Shown here: one piece after another, positions 24,460 to 36,138 of the stretch | How the letters are laid out: each line of letters begins with the position of its first letter | Numbering within the stretch: the first letter of the stretch is position 1 | NCBI RefSeq assembly: GCF_018977255.1 | Contig: NW_024704742.1 | Location: 70,186,001 to 70,250,000, forward strand | Reading direction: 5' to 3' | Length of the DNA: 64,000 bases | Origin: Callorhinchus milii | Lineage: Eukaryota | Program-made: the position numbers and the translations under genes | The notes under the pieces: generated by a model | What the model saw: the letters and a program-made list of their open reading frames with translations, nothing else | What the model was told of the DNA's origin: nothing | The model's database searches: none

Positions 24460-24955
24460 ACAGCAGGGTGTCTGATGCAAATGGAAACCCATCACCATGC
24501 TTAAGAGTATTCAAATCAAACTGAGAATTCAATCCATCCCACCTACACATGGAAATCCCAGAGATAGATTGTTGGAATAGAATGCGACTCTCCCTGGAGG
24601 GACACAGCCTGTTTACCTAATTCCAGAAAGTATTAGGTGCAGGTTGGCAAGAGCCAAGGCTTGGGGACCGCAGAGTGTATGTTGGGGTAACTGCTGGAGT
24701 CTAACCAGCTAAAAACGCAGCTTGCTATTGATAGCACTGTTCGGCAAGCTTTCCCACTGCTTGTCCCTGCTAGGACCATCCTACCCATTAGGGCTTTGGC
24801 TTGCAGGGTTAACAGGAGCTGAGCAGGATGACTTCCTACCCCCAATGACTGGTCTGACCTTCCAGGTCCAGCCGATGAGCTAGGCTGGGGTGTGCTGTCT
24901 TCAGCAATGCCCTGGAATACTGCGATCTCACCTGGTGCAGACCTGGGACCTTGTT
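24460..24955 (-). mobile_element. Family D repeat
   Basis: Reverse complement of the blocks seen at 16-17 kb and 37.8-38.2 kb. Confidence 0.75.
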
Positions 24956-26734
24956 GAAGTTGACAAGTCTCTGATTGGGATTGAGATGCATTCAAATACT
25001 TCAGGATAGCAGGACTTGTACATGTGTTCAGGCCTGCGAGAGACATCCCAGAGATTTATTTATGGTACCTGATGCATGAAGCCCATTGCTGTGCTTAAGA
25101 GGCTCCACTGGGCCGGACGGGAGAATGGATTAGAGTAGTGAGCAGCAGCAAAGACACCACGAAAATGAGGCCAGTCGGATTTTCATCCATTCCGCCCCCT
25201 GCTCTCTGGAACTCCATCCTCGATGTCCGCTTACTTGCTAAAACCCCCTCACCTCATTCCAAGTCCGTCTCAAGACGTCGGAGTCCTGTAATGTAGTGGT
25301 TAGCCATTTGTAGAGCACTGCTGTGTGCAATTGGCTGCTGTTTCGCCCACAAAATACACTCCAATTTAAAATATATTCTGTGAAATGCTTTGAGACGTCT
25401 CAACAACATGATAAGGCGCTATATCAGTGTGGAAAGAGGAGATCAAATGGGCCGCAGGACTGTCTTCAATCGAATGCTAAGTAGCAGAGCTGGTGCAGTT
25501 AAAGGCTGGGTACAATGCTGTATATGAATACGGCTGGCTCCCAGCCAGTTGTCAGCATTGTGTGTGAGAAGGAGATTGCTTTGTTCACTTGAAAGACTTT
25601 CTGACAGCAGGAAAACAATTTATTAAACTCCACCCTGGTTTAACTTGTCACAGCCACTAAAAACATCACTGTCAAAATCCCAACCGCATTTATTTATGTA
25701 TTTATACATATGCCTAATAATAGTAGTAATAATAATCCTTGCATTTGATATAATGCCTTATCAAATCATTGAGATGTCTCAAAGCGCCTCATAGAATGCA
25801 CTGTAAAGTGAATTGACTGTATATTTTGTGGGCGAAAGACGGCAGCCAATTGCACAATGGCTAACTTGCCATATAGGGGTGATAACTCTGATAACTCATC
25901 ACAAGTTATCAGAAGTTTACAGTACATATATACAGCGTCTTTCACATCAGGGGGACGTCCCAAGGATGTCAAATGTTTGAACCTAAGCTGGGGGTTGGGT
26001 GATGGTGGGGGGGTTGTTGGGAGGTGGTGGAGAAAGACGACTGAAGGTTTGTTCAAAGAAGATGTCTTGAGATGGACCTTGAGGGAGACAAGGGGAGGGG
26101 GCAAGGCAGAAGGACTCTGAATGATTGATAAGAAGCAAAAGAAATTAGGAGGACTCATGTAATTTATAAACCCTGTCATTGGGGGGGAGAGAAGTTTAAT
26201 GGGAAAAGGGATGAAATAGATTTAATAGATGAAAATGATGGGAAGATCCTTATTAATAATAAATAATATAAATCCTTGCATTTGAAAGCACCAGGAAGAC
26301 GTCCTAAAGCACTTCTTAGGATTTGGGCTTCTGTCCAACAGCAACAACTTGCAAATATATCGCCCCTCACGCAGGGCATCTCCCCTCACGCAGCCATGAA
26401 GTGAGTGAGCAGCGTTATATTGGAGTGTATTGGTTCAAAGTCCTGACGTCAGGACTTGAACCCACAGCTTTCTTACTTGGTGGCGAGAGAGCTACCAATG
26501 GAGCCAAGCTGGTATTTGACTTGCGAAAACAGTGGGAGTGGTGTTGGTTTAATGGGAGATTGCCCGGTGGGTGGGTGGGTAATGGAAAGGAGAGTCCCTT
26601 GTTGCATGAGGTGGTGAAAGCACGACCTCTCTGGTTTTGTCCTGGGTTTGAGATGTAACAGACAGCGGTAGAAAGGAGTACGACAGAGCCCCAGGTAACA
26701 GACGGTTAGACCTGTCCTTTCCCACCGCTCAGTA

Positions 26735-27480
26735 GGCTCCAGCCTGCTCCACGTCCCTCATCCAGTGCTCTTCACCCCCCCCCCCCCTGCCCCTCCCAAC
26801 CATACCCCCACTGGTGGTTGGGCCTCCAGCTTCTTTGCCTGCACCCTTTGGAACTCCTTCCCACAGTCCCTTTGTCTCGCTCCCTTGCTTTCCTCCTTCA
26901 AGGTATGTCTCAAGACCCTCCTATTCGACCGTGTCTTTGGTCACCCTCCCTGTCCTCCATCCCCTATAATCCCAACCACCAGCTCGGGGTGTAATCCTTG
27001 GGACCAGCTCCTTGGGACATCGTCCTGACGTGAAAGGCGCTACACATGTAATTTGTTGTCTTGTGTAGCCAGCCACGTCCAGGGTGACACAGGACACTCT
27101 ATGGTTACTGGTGGCCGCTCACATCATTGTGCTTTGTCACCAGAGCGAGTGTGTCGCATGCCCATCACCCCAGTCCTCCACTGGCTCCGTGTCTCCCAAC
27201 CAATTCAAGTTCTTCGCCCTCACGCCCAAGCACCCTCCTACCTCACGGACTTGCTCATACCCCGTTCTTCTGCCTGTTCCCCTCCGCTCATCCAACACCT
27301 CCCTCGACCTCTCCCTCTGCACCACTCCTAAGCGGCTGAGCCTTCAGCCATTGCAACCCAGCCTCTGGCACTCCCAGCCTCTGGCGCTCGTCCCACTTGC
27401 CCCTCTATCTTCAAATCTCACCTGAAGAACTAATTCTGTAACCCCACGTATGGTCGCCTCCCCCTTCTCCTTGGCTCGGT
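26735..27480 (+). mobile_element. Two degenerate L2 3' fragments in tandem
   Basis: LWNSFPQSLCLAPLLSSFKVCLKTLLFDRVF plus tail, then PITPVLHWL...PSYLTDLL. Confidence 0.65.
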
Positions 27481-27619
27481 CTCCAATCCTCTCATTGCCA
27501 TGTAAACAAGCTCTTGTTCTATAAGGACCTCTGGGATTTCTTTTGTTGCCTTTGCTGCCACCTGTTGGCAGAGATGGTGAAGTGCTGCCCTCCTGTTACA
27601 AGTGCACATCTATGTATAC

Positions 27620-28020
27620 AATACAAAATGACATCTGTAAAGCATCTTTCATCTCGGGAGGACATCCCAAGGCGCTGAACAGTCAGGGATTAGGACCCGA
27701 GAGGGGTGGGATCACGGAGGGTGGAGGGTGGCCGATGGAGGGTCTTGAGACATGCCTTGAAGGAGGCAAGGGACGGAGCGAGGCGAAGGGAATGTGGGAT
27801 GGAGTTCTAGAGGGTGGGGGCAAAGAGAGGCTGAAGTCCGACTGCTCATGGTGGGCTGGACCGGGTGGGGGACATGGAGTAGCCCAGAGCCTGCCATGAC
27901 AGGTTGATAAGAGGTTAGCAGGTTGGAGAGGTAGGAGGGGGTAAGGCCATGGAGGGATTTGAAAGTGAGGACTAGGATTTTGAACTCGATCCTCTGAGGG
28001 ATAGGGAGCCAGTGGAGCCG
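27620..28020 (-). mobile_element. L2 LINE 3' fragment
   Basis: RLHWLPIPQRIEFKILVLTFKSLHGLTPSYLSNLL on the minus strand. Confidence 0.85.
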
Positions 28021-28252
28021 GGGTGGCACTTTCACATTGCTATGCACAACTAACTCCTGTGTTTTGCTCATAAAATCACAGTCAATCCACTTGACAGTAT
28101 ATTTTGTGAAGCGTTTTGAGACGTCTCAATGATGTGATAAGGCGCTATATTAAATGTAAGGATTATTAAATGTGAGGATGATTATTATATTGGGGGTGGG
28201 GAGAGAGACTGCTCTACCGGTTTTTGACTCACCTCCTCTGCTCTGGTTTCAG

Positions 28253-28353
28253 ACCGGTTACATGGGACCCCCATGTTGTTGGAGGGCGTCAAGTGCGTTG
28301 GCACAGAACCTGAATACGACTCGGAGCAAAGCGACTGGCAGGGATTTGACTAG
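28253..28353 (+). CDS. ADISSP: ADISSP last coding exon (spliced CDS 519 nt, 172 aa)
   Basis: GGTTTCAG acceptor; DRLHGTPMLLEGVKCVGTEPEYDSEQSDWQGFD* matches the human C-terminus DRHHGTPMLLDGVKCVGAELEYDSEHSDWHGFD*. Confidence 0.97.
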
Positions 28354-28543
28354 ACAGCACTGCACAGTCCAGCTAAGCTGCGAGTGACTCTGAGCAGCTC
28401 AACCATCGAGGGAAGGGACCCTGGCGCAGATCTGATTGAACTCGAGTTCGGTTGAAGACATTTTTTTTTCCTCGTTTTTGTTCTTCTGAGATACAGTATT
28501 ACCTCTTACAATTTCTTTTGAAATTTTTTTTAAACAAAGCAAA

Positions 28544-28953
28544 AATAAACTAGGGGCAAATAATGACTGTTTGGTGGTGGCAGGAAGGAGGGGGCACAGA
28601 GAGAAATCACTCGATTTTGTGTTTTTTCTTAGCACGTTTCTTAATCCGGAATTTTGAAACGCTGCTCTGGACTCCTGAGTTTCCCGCCTGTTGGAGTGAC
28701 ATTCCCGATGGTTATAAGGAAGGTGCCCTTCACCTCTCTCCCAACCTCCCCTCCCCCCCCAAAAAAACCCCAGTACTTTCTTAATTAAGAAATCCTGTTA
28801 AGAAATAGCGTTAAGTTGACTGCTGTGCCTATCTATGTGTGATGACGGTGGGGCTCTGTCAGCCAGTGAGTATGTGCTACACGTTAGGCTCAGAATGTTG
28901 TGTGGGGCCAGCGTGGAATGTCTTTATTAAATCATATCATAGCAGAAAATAAA
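28544..28953 (+). terminator. Candidate ADISSP polyadenylation signals (AATAAA at 28544 and 28948; ATTAAA at 28926)
   Basis: Hexamers in unique sequence downstream of the stop codon; usage unknown. Confidence 0.4.
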
Positions 28954-29955
28954 TCCACCTTTTGGACTCCCTATCGCTGAATGGATCAATTTCAAGTTTC
29001 TCACACTCGTGTGCAAATCACTTCACTCCCTGTCAAGAAGGGTCAGTTGACGATTGGTGTGATCGAAGAAGTAGGTTTTAAGATAATAATAATCCTTGCA
29101 TTTGATACAGCGCCTTATCACCTCTTTCACAGTGTGTACTATAAGGTGAATTGACTATATTTTGTGGGTGAAACACAGCAGCCAATTGCGCACAGTAGTG
29201 TCCCACAAACAGTGAAACAGTGAGTGATTACATTTTTTGAAGGGATTATTATCCTCTGAAAAACCGATCTGCCAATCAACTAACAACCAACTACTTGCTG
29301 CTAGGTAAACAGAGGTATGTGGGCTTAAGGAAAGTTGCCCAACATTTCACCCTGGTGGGAATCGAACCTAGGCCCTCTCACTTGCAAGGCAAGTGCTCTA
29401 ACCACTAAACTATAGGACTCCAAGATGGCATTTAAAGACAGTGGAGTGGGCAAAGAGACAGAATGGTAGAGGGAAACAGGGTAGGGACTGAGTGGTAGAG
29501 GGTGGAAGGGAGTTTACAGAGACTAAGGCCACAGGAGCTGAGGGTTCAGCCACTGATGGTGACAGAGTGGACAACAACAAATTACATTAACATAGCCAGT
29601 CAGGAGGATGGGAGGATGCACAGCAAATGCAAGTCAGCTGAGCGGAGGAGTGGGGTAGAGATCATCGGAGAGATCGAGAAAAAACTGTTGGAATGAATGG
29701 GCGTGAGGAAGAAAGGAGAGCTGGGGAGATCGCACCGCGGGATGGAAACTCAACAATTAGTATCTTTAATTTCATTTTTATTTTAATGTGGAATCACAGG
29801 GCTAGAGCCATACAGTAGTCATTTCCTTCCGCAAGCACAGCTTGCTCACAACATTGGTGGGAAATACCGCAAGCCATATCATGGCCTCAAATAATCTCTT
29901 ACTCCATTTGCACCTTTTGTCAGTTGCAGACCAGAAATCAGACATTTAATAATAA

Positions 29956-30278
29956 TTAAACGCAAAATACTGTAGATGCTGGAAATCTGAAACTGGGGCA
30001 TGTTGGCAGGGAGAGGCTTTTAAGGGCTAACAGAGAGGGGGGAGGCAGGGCAAGGAAGATAAAGGAGAAAATGGGGTAGAGGACAGTGGATAATGGGTTA
30101 AAGAGGTGTTAATGATGCAAAACAAAGGTGGGGGGGGATTGCAACAAAGCAGGTGAATAGAGGTGCCAACATGCCCCAGTTCTGACGAAGGGTCGTGGAC
30201 CCGAAACATTGACTCACTTTCCTTTCTCCGTAGATGCTGCCTGACCTCCTGAGTGTTCCCGGAGACTTCTGTTTTTGT
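29956..30278. mobile_element. Penelope-like element remnant with inverted terminal segment and degenerate hammerhead motif
   Basis: CTGACGA-AGGGTC-GTG-GACCC-GAAAC at about 30182-30207, followed by ...GATGCTGCCTGACC..CTGAGT. Perfect 18-bp inverted repeat 29991-30008 / 30164-30181. Flanking direct repeat TTTAATAATAA at 29945 and 30279. Confidence 0.7.
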
Positions 30279-31752
30279 TTTAATAATAACTTATGTTTGG
30301 AATTATTTTTCAATATAAGCATCCCAATCATGATATGAGAGGAACTCCCTTCTTTCTTCAGATAGCACCACAGTATCTTTAATGTCTACTCGAACAGACA
30401 AGGTCAGGGAGCTCAGGGACGCATCTCGGAAATGCAGCTCTCTCTCACCTCCTCCCACCGTACCCCTCCAACCCAGCACTGGAGCACCAGCCTAGACTGT
30501 GAGCCTGACGTGGAGGCTTGAACCCACAACTTTCTGAGCCAGCCAGAACCAAGAGCATTGGAACTAAGCGAGCGGATAAGAACAAAAGAATTGCTAAACA
30601 AAATCGGTGAGCAAAAGGATCACAATATCATTTGGGATGAGGAAAGCACCTTTGAGAGAGTCTCTGTCACTCTGTACGTCACAAGCTCAGCCAAAACAAT
30701 AAATAAATACATAAATAAATACCTTTACATCTTTAAAGAGTAAATGGAGCCCGTTGCGCCATTTCGGCCCATTGTATCTGTGTTGGATTTTTAGAGAATC
30801 CTTTCAGTCCCATTTACCTGCCCTTTCCCATACCCCTGTAGTTGATGCCTTTTAAATCCTAGATTAAAAGTCGCCTGTTGCGGTTATGGTTGTGTCGCCC
30901 ACAGTTTGACTTTTTGCATTTTTTCTATAAAAAAAGCAAACGAAAGAGAGCGGGGTGTAAAATAGATAGATAAATAAATAAATAAATAAAATGCCTCAAT
31001 ATTTTGTTCACAGGAGGAACATAGGAATGGGAAGAGACCATTCAGATGCTCGAGCCTGTTCCGCCATTCTATGAGATTGTGGCTGATCTGTACCTCCTTT
31101 GCTACATATCCCTTGATACCCTGACCTAACAAACATCTATCCACCTCAATCCTGAAAATGTGAATCGATGGTAACCCTGTCTTCTCCCTCTGAACAATCA
31201 GCTGTGTGGGGAATAGGGGAGGAAGAGAGACAACCCATGCTCAGATTCTAACCAGCTACGAAAACTTGGTAAAATACACATGTGGAAACCCATCCCCATG
31301 CTTAACAGTATCCAAACCAAACTGAGATTTCCATATATCCCACCTACACATGGAAATCCCAGAGATAGATTGTTGGAATGGAATGCGCACTCTCTCCCTG
31401 GAGGGAAACATCCTGCTTAACTAATTTACAGGTAAGCATGTTTTCTAAGCTGGTCATAGAAATTTACAACACAGAAGAAGACTATTCAGCCCATTGCATC
31501 TGTGTTGAATCTTTTAAAGAGAAATCCTTTCAGTCCCATCTACCTGCCATTTCCCATACCCCTGTAGTTGATTCCTTTTAAGTCCTAGATTAATCCGCAA
31601 TAAGTTAATGTTTTTTTGTTTAATCGACAGGTAATTTGACGTCAAACTGATCAAAATACCACCAACTTGGTTAAATAAATTAACTGGATAAGTAGAAAAA
31701 TATAACTTGAATTTTTAATCTTGCCGAAAGCTCTCAAAGTGCATTGCCGGCA

Positions 31753-31758
31753 TTTATT
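31753..31758 (-). terminator. Candidate polyadenylation signal of the p40-like gene
   Basis: AATAAA on the minus strand about 1.6 kb past the stop, followed by T-rich sequence; not proven. Confidence 0.3.
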
Positions 31759-32962
31759 GTTGGTGTAGTGACTGCGTTTATAGGCAAGCATGGCAGCAAT
31801 TTTGCTTACCCAATTATTATTAGTCAGTCAGGTGTCCACATGTGGAAAGCCATCACCGTGCTTAACATTTATCCAAACCAGGCACAGAGAATTCCATGCA
31901 TCCCACCTTCACATAGAAATTCCTGCATCTTGGAATGGTATGTGCACTCTCTCTCCAGAGGGAACCACTCTGCTTACCTAATTCTGGTGAATATGAGCCA
32001 TGAGAGCCAAGGCTCTTGGGGGTGGGGGGGAGGGAATCCCAGAGTATGCCTGGAGGAGGGGTTAACTGCTGGAGTTTAACCAGCTAAAACCACATAGCTT
32101 GCCATTGAGAGCACTATCTGGCAAACTCTTTGGAAATGCTGCCTTTAACAAGGAAACTGGGATAATGTGGGAGCCAATCCATTTATGGAATACACAGTCA
32201 CTACACTTCACAATAAAATCCCGTGAAGGGCTTTGAGACACGATATGTCACGGCGTCAAGGATTGTTATAGCTTAACTGATCATGCCAGGTTCTAAACAA
32301 AACACTCGATAAATAAAAGAATAAATATTAAATACATTATTATTCTGTTGCAAGCAAATTACTGCATAATAAATAGAATTCGATTGAGTTTTGACTATAT
32401 GATCTCAACAAATTAATTAGTGACTATTCTGAACAAGAAAGCTTAACTGAACTGTGTCTATCAATTGTGTGTTGATAAAGAAGTTTATAGTTAAAATAAA
32501 ATGTAAATATCTGTCGGTATGTTCTGTCTGGTTTGTGGATCTGCCTTGTTGGAATGAGTTCGGACATTGATCGGTCTAAAATGCACGAGGGGCTGAGTTC
32601 ATCAGCTATTAGCCCAACCTGCATTTTACGCACTTGTATCTTGTGTATTTATATTTGTGCATGGGGTGTGAATGTGTGTGAGTGAGTAAATGTGTGTCTG
32701 AGTATGAAAGAGTGAATATTTTTCTGTTCATTGTTTGCTGTGACTGAGTTGATTGTGAATGAATAAGTGTGAAGGAGTGGGTTATACTCTGTTGTGACCG
32801 AGCTGAGTGTGTGTGTGTTTGTTTCTGTTCACACTGCTGTGACCGAGCTGACTGTGTGTGTATGTGTGTGGGAATGATTGATTGAGTGAGTATGTGTGTG
32901 TGAGTGTGAGCAAGTGTTTTTCTGTTCGCTCTGTGCTGTGACTAAACTGACTGTGTGTGGGT

Positions 32963-33140
32963 GAGTGATTGTGTGTGTGTCCGAGTGATTGTGTTTGTGT
33001 CCGAGTGATTGTGTGTGTCCGAGTGATTGTGTGTGTCCGAGTGATTGTTTGTGTCCGAGTGATTGTGTGCGTCCGAGTGATTGTGTGCGTCCGAGTGATT
33101 GTGTGCGTCCGAGTGATTGTGTGTGTCCGAGTGATTGTGC
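32963..33140. repeat. 18-bp minisatellite (GTCCGAGTGATTGTGTGT), 9 copies, inside a TG-rich tract at about 32660-33320
   Basis: CCGAGTGATT counted at 32981, 33001, 33019, 33037, 33055, 33073, 33091, 33109 and 33127. Confidence 0.92.
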
Positions 33141-33332
33141 GTGTGTGACTGTGCGTGTGTGTGAGTGATTTTTGTCTGTGTGACTGTGTGTGTGTGACTG
33201 TGTGTGTGTGGGTGACTGTGTGTGTGTGGGTGACTGTGTGTGTGTAGGTGACTGTGTGAGTGACTGTGTGTGTGTGTGTACCTGAGTGTGTGTGAGTTTG
33301 TGTCTGTTTGCTCTGTGCTGTGACTGAGCTTC

Positions 33333-33476
33333 TCAATGTCGTACATTGCATGTTTGGTAGATGCTCCATTCGCTCCAGGGGGAGTTCAGGAAACTGTCCT
33401 TGGCTCGGATGCAAATCTTCACAGCCTTACACTTGTGCACCTGAACACCCTCCATACTGATGCCCTCTTGTATCTT
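33333..33476 (-). CDS. IL12B: IL-12/23 p40-like last coding exon (FnIII D3 end with WSxWS)
   Basis: KIQEGISMEGVQVHKCKAVKICIRAKDSFLNSPWSEWSIYQTCNVRH* aligns with p40 [22 protein letters not shown]; no transmembrane segment follows. Confidence 0.92.
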   Translation of the reverse strand, partial: KIQEGISMEGVQVHKCKAVKICIRAKDSFLNSPWSEWSIYQTCNVRH

Positions 33477-33953
33477 CTGTTTTCCCCACATGTAATTAAA
33501 AATAAAATCATCATCATGACAAGAACATCAACTCACACTCCAATTCCCTGCCCATTTCACTCTCCTTTCACACGTCAGTGAACAGGGACTCTTCCCTATT
33601 AGCTCCTGTTAACCCTGCAAGCCAAAGCCCTAACGGGTAGGGTGGTTCTGGCTGTATAAGCAGCAGGAAAGCTTGGCAGACACCGATACCAATGGCAAGC
33701 TATGCGGGTTTAGCTGGTTAGCAGTTACCCCAACGCACACTCTGGGGTCCCCAAGCCTTGACTCTTGCCAACCTGTGCCCAATACTCTCTGGAATTAGGT
33801 AAGCAGAGTACATCCCTCCAGGAAGTGAGAGGAAGAGTGCACATTCCATTATCCACACAGGAAAATAAGCTTAGAAATCTATTAAGAAATAACCCAGGAA
33901 TCCCAACCTCCACCTATCGCTGAACTTTCATATCTCCTTCAGGCTTCACTTAC

Positions 33954-34114
33954 CGTTTTGTTCTTCGAGGAGTTCCTTATTGGACTGTAAGAGATCTGGA
34001 AGGTCAGGGGAAAGTAGGAATGTGGCTTGGGCCATTCGGCCGGATATTCCCACCTCGCGTTCAGCTTGCAGTTCGTTATTGTGCACTTTATCGCCTGGGG
34101 TGGGTCTGGCTTGA
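33954..34114 (-). CDS. IL12B: p40-like coding exon 5 (D3 start)
   Basis: IKPDPPQAIKCTITNCKLNARWEYPAEWPKPHSYFPLTFQISY... aligns with p40 IKPDPPKNL...WEYPDTWSTPHSYFSLTF; acceptor ACACAG, donor GTAAGT, phases 1/0. Confidence 0.95.
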
Positions 34115-34848
34115 CTGTGTCATAGAGAAGGAAAGAGAAGAGAGAATAAGTACTTGTTCAAACATTTTCCAATTGTACGTAGGAGCACATAGCAGCAGCA
34201 CAAGGTGGGGGGAGGAACGTGTCCACCTGTACCGAACTCCGTACCCTCTCACCCCAGTCCTTGTCAGATCCCCTGGCTCCCTGTTGCAATATGGATCAAT
34301 TTAATTTGGGGGATTGTCAGCCAGGACACCGGGGGAGAAACTCCCTTCTCTTTTAGAATAGCGCCGAGGGATCTTTAACGCCTACCTGAGCAGGCACAGA
34401 TGGGAACTCAGTTTAATGTATCATCCGAAGGACGGCACCACCGAGAATGTTGCACACCCCTAGCGCTGCATTGGAGCATCCGCTTGGGCTATGTGATTCC
34501 AAGTCCCATCGTGGGGCTTCAACTCACAACTTTCTGACTCAGAGGTGAGAGTGCTACCATTGAGCCAGACTGGCATAGTGTGGAGAGCTCCATATGTATA
34601 AGCAAACTTTACCCTTCTCCCTTGCATGTCCCCCTGACCTCACCATCGCAGGTAATGCTACCTACACACACCGCCACCGCCCCCCCCAATCCCGGCTGGA
34701 CCTCCATCCCAGAGCTTCTCTCCCTCTCCTTTCCCCTCCTCAAAACCTTCCTTTTCGACCACACCTTCAGACATCCTCCCATCACACATTCCCGTTGCCC
34801 TTCACCCCTCTTAACTCCAACCCCTAACTCGGGTGCAAACAATAAAGG

Positions 34849-35163
34849 TTGAGACCTGTAGCTCAGTGGTTAGAGCACTCACTTTGCAAGCGAGAGACCT
34901 GAGTTCAATTCCAGGCAGAGGGCGAAACCTTGGGCAAGTTTCCTTACTCCACACGCCTAATAATAATCCCTCCAAAACCCAAAACAATAATAAATTGGTC
35001 ATTTTCAATCTACGACTGTTTGTGGGACATTGCTGTGCGCAATTGGTTGCCGCGTTCGCCCACAAATATATAGTCAATTCACTTTACACTGTGTTCTGTG
35101 AAGTGCTTTGGGACATCCTCCCGACGTGAAAAGCGCTATATCAAGTGCGAGGATTATTATATT
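34849..35163 (+). mobile_element. tRNA-derived SINE family A
   Basis: Full-length copy in an intron of the p40-like gene. Confidence 0.9.
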
Positions 35164-35353
35164 AAACACCTTTACTGTCCAGCGCCTTGGGTAATTTGTT
35201 GTTGTTGCACTGACGGGATCTCCAGTACTGACACAATAGGTCAAATGACTTCCTTCTGCCCTGTAAATTTCTACAATTCTATATTTGTCCCAAATCCCCT
35301 CCACTTTCCTCCCCCCAGTCTGTCGCCCAAGGCTTGGAATGTGTGACACTCAC

Positions 35354-35549
35354 TGATGTCACGGATGTAGAAGGGAACTCTGATGCTCTGGTAGGAGACT
35401 CGGTTGATGGCCTCCAGGTGAAATCAATGGGTTTGTATTCCTCTGCGTAAGATGAGAAGCTGGAATCAACAAAGCTGGCCTTGTAGTCAAGGCCTGAACT
35501 GGAGTAATTCACCTGATTCGGCTCACACTCCGACTTCAGTGTAGAGTTC
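35354..35549 (-). CDS. IL12B: p40-like coding exon 4 (D2 second half; gene exon 5); contains a 1-nt frameshift near 35417 in this sequence
   Basis: NSTLKSECEPNQVNYSSSGLDYKASFVDSSFSSYAEEYKPIDFT, then in a shifted frame EAINRVSYQSIRVPFYIRDI (p40: [31 protein letters not shown]). The exon is 196 nt but phases 2/1 require 197. Confidence 0.88.
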
Positions 35550-36138
35550 CTGAAGGAGAGTAAGAAAGGGAGGGAGGAAGAGAGAGGCAAGATCTCCAAT
35601 TAATGGACATTAAATTCACTTACGTTTACTGTGCATCCAAGTCCTAGCTGGACAAGCAGTAGGAAATAATAATTCTTGCATTTGATATAGCGCCTTATCA
35701 CGCTATTAAGACATCTCAAAGTGCTTTACAGAATATACTGTAAAGTAAATTGACTGCATATTTTATGGGCAAAACACGGCAGCTAATTGCGAACAATAAT
35801 ATCCAACAAACAGCCATGGATTGAGTGACTACATTTCTTTTGAGGGCATATTACTCCTGGAAAGTGATCTGCCAAGTGATTAACAATCAGGTTTCTACTT
35901 ATTGTGAGGTAAACAGAGGCACATGGAGTAAGGAAACTTGACTATGGTTTCGCCCTGCCAGGGAATCAAACTTGGGTGCTCTCACTTTCAATTAATTTGG
36001 TTAGTCAATGCACAAATTACAGTCAATCACTTTACAATATATTCTGTGAAGAGATTTGAGAAGTCTCAACGATGTGATAAGGTTTTAAATCAAGTAGAAG
36101 GATTATTATTATCTTGCTATTATTATTTTAGGCGTTAC

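Noticed and set aside
32782..33414. 210-aa His/Thr-rich ORF overlapping the last p40-like exon
   Set aside because: Alternative frame running into the CA-rich repeat.
35279..35353. Read-through of exon 5 as a short secreted isoform
   Set aside because: The extension depends on the frameshifted frame and ignores a good GTGAGT donor at the conserved position.
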